A stretch of 64,000 nt of DNA from Balanoglossus misakiensis (lineage: Eukaryota; Animalia; Hemichordata). A model generated the notes under the pieces. It was given only the letters and a program-made list of their open reading frames with translations. It made no database searches and was not told the origin of the DNA. Within the stretch, counting starts at the first letter, position 1. Each line of letters opens with the position of its first letter. This document shows positions 24,901 to 36,900 of this stretch, one piece after another. The stretch is taken from contig CM082580.2 of the NCBI GenBank assembly GCA_040954595.2, positions 11,918,909 to 11,982,908 of the forward strand, in the 5' to 3' direction. The position numbers were made by a program, and so were the translations under genes.

Positions 24901-27900
24901 GTATGACGTCAAATATGCCATGGAACTCTTTCGTAATTCTGGCGATCGATCGTGTTGTCATTTTCCCGACAACACGTTTTCCTAGGCATGCCAAGTTGAA
25001 ACCTACATTCATCGATCGTAAATCTGACAACGTAAGGCCCTCGCTTAGAAGTCTAGCATCTTGATGAGTTCGCGGTTTCAGAAATCACTAACCGAGAATG
25101 TGGGCCAGAGAAACGTTTATTGTATCTGACACTTTGAGGTCCAAACTTCTCATGTGGAATTTCTGACGAATGACAATGATTGTTAGCGACAGAATGCAGT
25201 CTTCGGAAGCCGATATCGCCACCACAAGGTTGATGTTCGGGAGATCGCCTGCCAAAAAAAAAACACAGTGATTCACGAACATTATAATAAATTTAAATAA
25301 TATTTGATCAAAGTTTTATTCATTTGAGTTTGTTTACAATAATCGTCGTTGCCATGGCATCGATACGGAATCTTTGGAAGTGAAAGCATGATATAGATTT
25401 GTTTTCCATTGAGACGGAATAAACTGAGAAGTGTGTTGGAATCGATTACAATAGGGAAAACGCGGCCGAAGACACCCCCTTTGTCGCACACTTCGTTAGT
25501 ACCTCACATATTGAGTTTACAAATCGACACGGACACTATTAAATTGACAATTACAGCGTGTGAATTTTCGCAGGTAGTTTGTAAATACGTAAAATTACAC
25601 AGATCAAAAGACTGCGATGCGTGTGAGGTGGCCGCTTGTATCGATAGGTTTCTTAAAAGTAAAGCCTGCGTTTGTCTTCACTTTCCGGAGCATAAACAAC
25701 GGACAAGATATGTTTCCTGTATATTGGTATCCTGTTGGCCAATAAATATAAAAACATGGTAGGCACAATACGTATTCATGTTTCCCGACCACGACCCGCT
25801 TTGTTGTCTGTGCTTGCTGCATTGATGTCCATCTTGTCATTTGTTCATTTGACCGCGATTTGTTCTGGGCAACGTCAGCTTGTACAGTGTTGTTATCAAA
25901 CGAGTTCAACCTGACCGTGATTTTTGAGCATTGGATTTCGGTCTCTAAATTATTTCCGTTGTTAATATCTGGGGGGAAAAAGAATATTTCTAGGATATAG
26001 TAAACCGTATAAATGAAGAAAAGATTAGTTCAGTTTAAAAAAGAAACGAAAACAATTTAAGGGTGGCGATGAAAAAATAAGTGCAGTTTTGAATTCAGGG
26101 TATAGCCGCAGAGGGTAATAGCTCGAAAAATCGACAATTTGAGGTGCACGAAGGTGGTACGTACGTCACATACGGGAATATTTGGAAATCCATATTTGAT
26201 TTATAATCAAATGTAAACGATCTTCGAACTTACAAATGTTGAGAAACACATTCCAAGAGATGATAGATACACGTCACCACATGTTGAAGTGCGACCTAGT
26301 GGTGAAAGTAATGACCAAACGTAGACTAGCCCACTAGTCGCTTGGTGATTTTTAAATCTCAATAGTTTTTGTGTTTTCGGTGGGTTTTTGTCTTAATAAA
26401 TAATTTCAATACTTTTTGCATGCATGCTTGCCTTAAGCGTGTTTTTGGTAGTGAGGCGAGTTTCGAATTTGCGACTGAGCTTGTGGTTTCGGGTAGCGCC
26501 GACACGTTCCCTACACAGCCCATAGACTTGGAGCAAGTCTAGACCAAACGGTCAAAAAGGATGGACGGAGAACTGTATTGTCGTTTCGTCTTCTTCAATA
26601 TTTTCAAGTGACAGTACAGGACACAAGCAAGGCATTTTCTGCCGTACAGAAATAATTTATTAACGCAAATGAGCCCTAGTATTTATCAATAAAATACATG
26701 TCTTTCTCGGCGGAAACTATACGTGGTCGATTGCGAAAATGTCCGTGCGCGCGCATCAAAAGCAGATGTGAAATTTCGCATATGTTAGCAGTCAGAGGCC
26801 GCAGGAAACTGCCTGTATTTCTCTTAATTGGCAGTCCTCCGTTAAACTGTAAAAACTGATCTAACTATCATAATTGAATTCAATCCATAATCTGCAACTC
26901 CGAGTTAGCGCGAGCTTTAATTTCTCCACTGAGATTCACCGCGAAACACTCCGAAGCGTTGAATACTGAACTATGCCTTACTGAACACGTGTTCGATAGT
27001 TGATCGTTACCGACTCTCGAAGTTTGAGCCTTCGAATGTCACAGAGAATTTCAATAATTTACCAGAAAGGAAACCGTCGCCTGTGGGTATATATATGACT
27101 TTGGTCGCCCGCTATTAGAAGAACCGTTTTTCGGTCGGACAAAACGAGTGGACTTCACACATGGAATTCCTGAAATAAGGAGTTGTGATATTTGTGCACG
27201 ATTGTTCACCGTCGGTGAAAATAGGCAGACGATCGACTGCGCTATTTGTTTCGCTCATGCGTAGTATTGTTGCTGAAATAACTGAACGAATACGACAAAT
27301 CATTTGTGACACTTTCTGACATCATGGCGATGCTGAATGATAACGCCATTGTTATTCGCGATGTAGATTGCCGATTGCTTAGATATCTGAACATTATTGA
27401 CATGCAATGACGTGGCAATGTCATTGAGGATTTGAAAAGGACACAGGAAGCACACCCACCTGCCTCTACCGAGCTGATATTAAAATACTCCACGTTTATA
27501 CGTGTACTGCTCAAAATATCCTGGCTAGGAGAGTAATTAAAACTTATAGAAATGGGTGAAAATGTTGTTGATATCGTTAATGCTGGACAAATTCGGATAA
27601 ATTCCGACCATTGGTGTCACAACGTTTGTCGGTCACCTTGGCATTGATAATGGCGTTGTGTAACACGCGACAGGTCGGCCAAGTTTTGGTGTAGGCTTTT
27701 TGCTTGTGATGCTTGGTAGATATTTTGCGTTAAAGGGACAGAGTCGCTCTCTTTTGACCCTTGCCTCTTTCAAGGCGGGTGCTGAACGGACCTGGAGTGA
27801 CAGGATTACAGTACCAGTGTTGGGCACGGTTCAAATGGCAAGCATCCATCGACACTTGGATGAGGGAGATTGCGCATGCCAAGTGGTATCCCACTTCAAC

Positions 27901-30900
27901 TCGCGGCCAGAGAACACAAACATCGCACTGGCACGGCGAGGTGTCCTGGAAGCGAGACGGTCATCGCAGAACACCAACACCCATTAAAACTTATGTCAAT
28001 AAACACCACTAATGCCCTTGACGTTGGTGTGATGTTTGGATAACTGTAGAACTCACAGGGGGATGATGACTCTCCGGTGAATTTTCCGCGCCGTGGTCTG
28101 TAGTTTGGCGGCTCTTTTCTTGACATTTATAACGTAAACATCTGTTAGAAAGTTCCTTGCTGACAGACGGATAAGGTCATTGAGTCAGAGAAGGCAGAAA
28201 ATACGTGCATACACGTTGCATACATAAAACTGTTGGTATTGAAGCGTTTTATTCACATTTTGTTGTAATAATGTAAACTTTTTCGAACGCTTCGCTCGAC
28301 CCCACATATGCCATATACCCAGTAATGTGGTAAATTTAACAATATTTAAAAAGTCAGTTATTGTCAACATAGCTTACGCCCGGACAACTAAGCATACGTC
28401 ACATGCACTTGGCATTGACCTTAAAGTCGGGTACATGTACTTGACAAAGACCTCAACGTTTGGGTGTGAAATGTGACATCCAACGTGGTTACACCATCAT
28501 GTCATCCAGTAGCGACGACATGTATAGACGCACTACTGTTTTGTATCGCCATCGGAAACATAATTCAATGATCGATATGATGGTGCAAAACCTTGAAAAT
28601 TTAAACGACTTCCGAAAGCAACAGTCATTTCTAACGGGAAATGCAGTTTAAATGGAAGAATTTACATGACCAAATAAAAATACATGTAAGATTTTATGAT
28701 CAAATAAATGCCAAATGATGCCGCCTTCTTGGAAGTTGATCTTTTTGCGAGGGGGGGGGGGGCTTCAATCGTCACCGTGAAATATAGTTTTGAGAGTAAA
28801 GCCAGAGACAGTATTATGACTCGAAATAATCGAGAAAACATCACCACCATATGTTAGCATCATCAAACTGAGAGTTCAAGTACATACCAAATACTTTGAC
28901 GCAGAAAATCGGATTTTATTGCTTTGGAATTGTTGTTTTTTTGTCCCCGACAGGCTGAGCATGACCTTGCCTATTTTTCATGCCTGAATTCGCGCGCACC
29001 GGCTTACTATATTTTTGACTCAACAACGCAACGAATTCAAATCGTTGAAGATATACAGAAACTGGGACATTCGAAAAAAGGGAAAATTGCGTGGTGTGGC
29101 ACTGGTGTCAAAACCTTTGTTGGTTTATGTTTACGTCACACGTCAGAAACATATCTTCATTTTCTACAACTTTGTTCACTGGCACACAGTCACGTGGTGT
29201 GACGTCATCTGAAATACTGTTTTGTATTGGCTCACGTTTTATTTTCGTTGCTAACTTGGTTGAACCACAACATACCATTCAATCATGTATTTTTGTGATT
29301 GGCCGGTCACGTGACAGCCCATCTCTCTCGTGGTTGACCATGTACAATCTGTCGCGCGGCTTATGTTGCTATTTTTGGCTCGGGACCGAACATGTGACGA
29401 GACCTGTGTTGTTTCTAGATCTTTTATTAGGAAAAAAATATAAGCACAAAGAAAATCAAAATTTGACTTGATAACACTGACCACTTCACGTCCCACGCAC
29501 TTTGACAAGTACCACGCATAATACAGATAACACATTCTGTATAAAGGAATTTTATGATATTATGCATTTCTTAAACTGTATACCCCAAAAATCGATATTT
29601 CGATGACGTCATCGTTCGGGGTGTATCAATGTTCTTTTGTCGCCAGTGACAAATATCGGAATACACATCGGTTGATTGGAAAGATTGATGGGTGAAAAGA
29701 ATCGGTTCGGACCAGGAGACTTTTGATCCGTCCGGTGGGACTTAGAAATAAAAACAACAGAGTGATTGGACAACGAGATCTGATCATTGGACTGAATCGT
29801 TCAATAGTTCGGTGAAGTAGAATCTACTTCACCGAAGTTACATTTTAAAAATTTAATGTAGCTTCACATTAAAATTTACATAAATATACATCTCTCGTAC
29901 AAGTGTAATATTAGAATGCTACACTCTTCTGAAAGAGTATAAACTCTAGAGATTTGAAACAAAATAAAGAATAGGAGGCTTTAACAAATTACTGCCACAA
30001 TTTCGTTTGACCCATCTATGAACATCACTGATGAACTGATGGCAGGACTTGTAAATATTTGAAACAATTGGTCGAGTCTTAGTTGTCAGAAGTGACGCCA
30101 ACAGCTGACGCTTAAATGCAGTGATAATCTCTCTCATCTTTTCCCCCGATTCTGTGCAGATTTCTCCGAACTTCAAATCATTCTCTAGGAATACGCCTGA
30201 CTTGTAGGGACACGTTGTTTTCGACCTTTTATACGAAATCCACTTCTTGTTGGGGGTCAGATCATCGGCGCGTTGAGCAATGAATTCTCTGTGTATGGTA
30301 TTGGCAGCGCATGTTGATTTCAGTCCAATTGGTTGCTATGGAATGTTTACATAATCAGAGTTTGAGATTTCACAATTCAGAAAAATGAACAACGCACTCT
30401 TCAAGTTCCTGAATTGTTTCCGGAAACGATGTCAATTAATCCACGATTAGTAAAATAGCATTACGATTATTTCATCAATAATTTACGACGTGTAGTTGCG
30501 CGTCCATGAAAATCATAACGACAGAAAATTGAAAAGGTGTACATTTGGCCGCAGTTGCGGTTTCCTGTGCGTAATACCGGGAGCAGTTAGCCGCACACGC
30601 GCGCACTCGATTGGCAGACCAGGAAATTGACATCGATTTCCAAATGTAAAGTCTCTTTCTGTATGTGAAACACACATAAGGTTATCGTCAACAATTATAA
30701 AAAATTATAAAACTACAAGTCGAATTATTTTAATGATCCAATTATGAATCCTGTTGGTTTCTTGATGAATTTTTTTGCAAAGTCTTGTAATATGGAATCA
30801 TATTCGATGTGACAGGGCTTTTTATTACTTTTCTGTGACCCATATCTTATATACATCGCTTGTTGTAACAGTATCTGGATCTTATACATTTTGAAAACGA

Positions 30901-33900
30901 CGGGGCTATATCTCGCAGATTTGTTTATAAGTGTGCATACGTGCCGACGTTGTTGTGGTTATTGCACTAAACCGGGCATACTTGGAACACCCCAAGTATT
31001 TTATGCTGTGGTTTCCTGTACGGATCTTTACAACATATTCAATATACAAGTGGTCTTTTACTGTCTGGAGAATTATTGCTCCAGAATTACTGTCCAGGGG
31101 TCAAAACAGAACGTGATAAAAGTTACAGGGTTATCCATCCACAGAGGGCAGGCTGGGCAGAATGTTATTGTCACCTCAAGGTGGAGCTGTCGTTTGTAAC
31201 CTTTTCATCACAATATATAATTACGTCAAACCTTGATTGATGCCTATCAAATGTTTTCTCTAACGCGTGGTTGTTGAATAATAAGAAAATATTGTCGGTA
31301 GTAACACAAAAATCAGTACAAATGAGTTTGGTTATTTGGTTATGATCGCGAATCACTTGCAGTTTGTACTGTGCACGCGCCGTGTCGTCCAAAGACAAGT
31401 TGCACAAAACGTTTTCTGTTAGGGTTTAATACTATATGGAGATTCATCGTCTCTCAATGGATTTGTATATGGTGAGTTTTAATCCATAGTGAAGTGAAAT
31501 TGGTCTGTATTTTATTTGGAAAACGGCACAGGAAATCAATAGGGCCACAGCTGACAGGGTCAGCCTACATTTTGTTGTAATTAAGATACCCTTGACAAAA
31601 GAACTTCCTGCGTGGATCGGGGTTCGTATTTTATGCAGACAACATTCGCCGGCGCTAGTATCGAAATATACGAAGCTAGTATTGTCGGAAGGTGGCGAAA
31701 TTTCTGAATTCGTACTTTCTGCTGATAAATATTTTTTTTTCTTAAAAAAAACGGGATTAGGCATCAATTTGACTGTCATTCCAGTGCTATGAGGAGAGAT
31801 CGATACGTCGTCGGCCATATAGAGTATTGTGAGACTAATGGAAAATCATCGTGTTTATCGGCCCTGCATCTGCCACCGACACAGCAGCTGACTATATCTC
31901 CTTTCATTCTCTACATTATTAATTTTTGTCTGAACTGCTCACAATTGATCAGTTCAGAGAAGTGCCCGTGTTTTTCCCCGCGTCTGTATTGCGCCATAAC
32001 ACGCAGACACGAGCGGCAGAAAGTTATTTTCGTAAACGCTCTTAAAATAATTGAACCAACACGTTTGAATGTATGCGATAATCGGTACTTATATAGTTCC
32101 ACGTTAAACCAAACAATAAGGTCATTTATTTGTGCCATACGCCGCGAGGGGCCAAAATTGTTTTTTTTTACTAACTAGGATGGGGCTCTATTGGTGCAAA
32201 ATTCAATAAAATTAGGCGTATCATAAAATATCCTTTTATGATCGTGTCCCAGTAATTAATTAGAGCAAGTTACAATAGTGAATTTTACTCCAAGATTAGG
32301 AACGATTAAAACATGTCGACCTTAGAGATTTGTTTCACTGGTGTTAAATCGCGCCAATCGACCATTGTAGTAAGATTGTTATTTGCGAGAGTTGTGTTGA
32401 GGACGAGACTAATTTAGAGACAATTGGTATAATCTGGCCATTTAAATTTATCGTCTGCACATAAATCTCTGCGTTTGACGGACTGCGTAACCTTTGACAT
32501 GTGCATAGAAAAGTGAAGTGATCACCATCAGAACATGACAGCTGTCACGCCGATTGTTCTGAGTTGTTGGATATTAATACGCCAGTATTGGAACGTGTAG
32601 TTCTGTTGTCTGTTGTTGTTGGTGGTTGTTGCTGTCGTCGAAATATACACGGCAAATGCGGGCAAGTGCGTCCGGATGACTGTCCGTTATTGACGGCGAG
32701 CAGAGTTGCCATGATATCTGAGCATTATTTGGCAGTTGTCTATGACAGCAGAGTAGTTGCAAAGTATTTATCTACCCGAAATTTACGTTTTAGAGGAAGA
32801 ACGATCAGAGCGATCGGTTTTATATTTTTGATAAATAAATTCATTTTTCCGACAAAGGAAAGTCATGGTTTACAGTTGGGTCGAGATGAGTCGGGTCGCT
32901 GACCAATTTACATTTATGTAGTATTTATATGATGTCACTGATGAAATTTCTGCTTTGATGTGCCGGAACAGATTCGCGATATATTATTGAGATTAAAAAA
33001 TCTAAACATGTAGAATCGGTCAAAGCAATACCATCCTTTTCAACCCGATGGAAAATAGTCGGTTTTGCGTTTGGTTTTTGACAGCGATATTGATACAGTA
33101 CTGTTCAACTATTGATCGATCTACTTTTTAAACAATGACCGTGTTTACGGACGGATTTTTATCTTGTATAAAATTTCAATTAATCCGAGCGTTTAATATT
33201 TTGCAGAATGTCACGTTAGTTTGCTTACACATGTTTGATTCGTTTCCATGTTGAAAGTATGCCCGCCATAGCCAGTGTTGTAACACGTTGACGCGAGATG
33301 TCTCTGCCTGGGTGCAGGTGAAACGTTTCTCTTCCCGCAGAGAACCAGAGACAACGAGGAAAAAGTCAACGCGTCGGCGTCACTTATTTCCTCCAGAAAT
33401 AAATATCACAACTTTTTTTTCTGGCGGCGTCATGTTAATTATAATAGAATCTAGGTTAGCTGTCTGAGTGCCCCGTTACGCCATATATCGTAAGTTCGCG
33501 CGTATCGAATCCCAGACGACTGAAAGTTGAGAACGAACTGGCAGAGTGAAATTTATACTCCTCCTGCAGGGAAGGAGAAAATTAATCAGATTGTACCCAT
33601 GCTATAACCGTATGAAACCTATCGCGCGAGTTCTGATATCCACAGACCTGAGAGCCGTCAAATCCAATAATCCTACTACATTCTTCGTGTCCGATATCAG
33701 TTTGACATGATCATATTAATTCGATTACGTAATACTTTGTATGATTCTAAATATGGGTTTGCAGTAAATTTAAACTGTTTGATTGATTATTTATAAATTA
33801 TAGAACTGGGTCGCGATTGTCAGTTGCAGAAAACGAGTGTACCTTCTATTCTGCAATATAAAATTTAATATATTTATTTAATATTGAAACTTGGAGGAAC

Positions 33901-36900
33901 ATGTTTGGTCAGACGCGTATTTTTTTCCGAGACTAGGTTTCTGGCAGGTCACAAGGTGATAGGTGGTGTCATGGCAACGAAATGTTGGTGCGTGGTGGAA
34001 TCTTTGTGATTAGAGTTTCTTGTAGCGCCTCTTTGCGGTGTCTCTTCAGCAAAAATGTAGTTTTTTATTCTGTATAGCAGTAAAAGTTATTTGATATTGG
34101 TGATGCGGAAATACAGCAGGAGAAACCGAATAAAAATTCAGAAAAGAGGGTTTTGTATATCTATTTAGACTTGTCCTTCAGATTATGAATTTATTCATTA
34201 ACTTTACTTCTACTTTTGTAGATTCCAGGCATGTAAATAGTCGTCAATTGGCAGTTGTTTCTGTGGCCATATCTTTTTAATGACGCAACCCAACGTGTTT
34301 GGTTAAACGTTTATTTTAAAACATATTAATCGAGTAATTCTGTGTTTTTTTAAACCACGGACGCCCCACCATCGTACATTCTGCCGGTTTTCAATACTGA
34401 GTAGATCGGTGATGATATTCAGAATTTCCACTCCTGTCACGTTTCTATGGACAAGTGAGTTTTACAGCATCCACTGTCGTTTCAATACAAAACTGCCCAT
34501 AGGCTTGCAGGTGGCGGGGATTTGAGTGAAATCACACAATGTAGCGCGTCCGTCGTCTCCATCCTTGTCTGCCATTGTTTGTTCTGTTCACTTCAATAAA
34601 TGTGCTTCAGGAAGAACGGCTTTAATTAATTTATTAGATGTTTTCTTAAGCGATATGCGTTGCCCTTGAGTTCATGACAACCTTCCGTCGTTGGTAGTCG
34701 CTGGATTGATGAGGGCGCTTTGATCATATTCGAGATTATGGTTATTTTTCAATACAAATTAATATTATAGTTTTGTAATGTTTTCTGTTTAGTGAGTATT
34801 TTCTTGTTGCCGCAACTTCACCATGGATTCAAATGAAATATCAAGTGTTTCCTGTTTGCTCCGTCATGGCGTAGCTCCAATAATCACCAGGAAACTTAGT
34901 GTTTAATATTTTTTTCCTTGGCCGTTTATTCCATCGATATATGTGTGGCCGAAGGAAAGAAGTACCTAACTGGTCGATCGATTTCGCTTGTCATTATCAC
35001 AGCCGGAAAAAAAGTTCACTTTGCAGGAGTCGTTCTCCTTCATGTTTGCCTTGTTAGTCAGTATTCAATGAACTTGTTTCTCCCGCTTGTTCGTCTACCT
35101 GCTGTGAAACAGGTTCCATCGACCAGCGAAATTCACACGTACGCCAGATTCTGTATTCTTTAATCGGCGGAATGAGTCATTCCTATGCGGACAATGGCAT
35201 CGAATGCATTGGCACGGGGCGACGTGTAAGCGATGACTAAGGAATGGAGGTTACTATGGAGTGAGTGAGTGTGGAAAGCCTTGTCTCAGAAGGCGGAATA
35301 CCGATCTTGCCTGAAACTGGAAGAAAAAAAATTGAACCCAGCATGGACTGTGTACACAGTAATGATACAGATCTACAAAGCATGTTGAAGCGATCGACCA
35401 AAAACGGCAAAGTTTAAAACCACAACTTGAACAGATCACTCAAATTTAGGTCAAAATTATGTCATCTTCGACCTCCATCGAAGACAAACGGCAAAGTTGA
35501 CCTGAAATTGTCCGCTACGTCACCGCCTCTCCCCAACAGCTGTTGGCGATACACGTTTGACATTATTTTCACGTGTTTCGAGTCCAGTTTCGTATGTCCA
35601 CGACGAGTTGCAATGTGAGGACATTTTCAGCTAATTGAGTTTTCCAGACACTTTGGTATTTTCACGCTGCGATGACACGGGACAATTTGAGTTGACAAAC
35701 ACTGGGCAAGGTCACTATTGACAGCATTCCAAAGGAAGTTCCCGTTCCTTCCTGTAACTTTCGCCCTTGATTGGCCTTGAAGTAGTAAGGAGTTCTCCAG
35801 CCAAGAGACGGATTTTGATCATGATAAACGAGACTTTGAAGTTATTTACAATGGCTTTATTATTTTTCTACAGCTCTGCTGTATTCATGCATGTTGTAGG
35901 ATCAAAATTTAAAGAGTTTTAATGGGCTTAGCATTCATGGCAACGTTAAATTAATCATTGATTTTATGGTAGAGCTAAGATGTGTTTTCGTCGCCATTCA
36001 CTGATTAACCATAAACTAAGGTGTAGGCCCGAAAGGTATACCAGACAATCACCCAGCCTGAGACGTACATTGATTACCTTGTCATTATGGAGAGACGATG
36101 AACGTTTGACACGGCTATTTCTTGCACAGAAAGTTGTGAAGCTTTTTTTGCTCGAATAAAAAACCAAGAAGCAGATGCACGTCGATTTTGCTATGTGTGA
36201 GTTTGTGGGTAAAAAGGCAGGTGCTGCGTTGAGATATCACACATAATGCCACCCTTTGTATATCTTGCGGTAATATTGATGCTTGCCTGCGTTGCCGTGG
36301 TAACAGGCGGAGTGAAAGCAAGACCTGCGCCGGATCAATACGCGGAATTTTTGTCGTGTGAGCAATTGGCATGAAAAGTGGGTCATTTGGGTCAGGGGAC
36401 TTCAATGAAGACAGATCCCTTGATATCAATTAACTCGAAAAAAATCAATAACTGTTTAATGACTCATAATTCTGACATCTGCATATAACTCTTGTTCGGA
36501 GAAATTTGTTAATAATTATCCCGCCTAAGCTTGCATAGTGAAATTGAATTATTAAACTTATACGTATTCGTCGGCGTCTGTGCGTAATGTCGTTATGCTG
36601 ATAGAGGGCGCACTGGACGACTTTACCAGATGTCAAACATAAGAATTGTCTGCATCCGAGGTGTGAATAATGGAGACACTCAAGCGACTTTTTCTCCTTC
36701 GTTTAACACAGAACTGTGCATGCTAACAAAGATGTTTTATTGTTAAAGTCCTCTCTTCTCATTTTCGATAATTCTGTGAGCTACAGTAGGAGTCGAATCA
36801 ACTCTTTTATCACCAGTCACATCTCAGCCACTTATACTGACAAAACGCGCAGTGAACGAAATTTATGTTCAGAAGAATTAGTCTCGAGGAGGAGGGGTGA

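Noticed and set aside
26562-26575. TGGACGGAGAACTG, identical to the first 14 nt of miR-184
   Set aside because: The 3' end differs (TATTGTCG rather than ATAAGGGC) and there is no complementary upstream star arm; likely chance.
28035-28095. miR-182-like TTTGGATAACTGTAGAACTCACA with a partial hairpin
   Set aside because: The seed does not match and stem pairing is poor.
30960-30981. miR-92 seed-like TATTGCACT
   Set aside because: No convincing precursor hairpin and the 3' part does not match.
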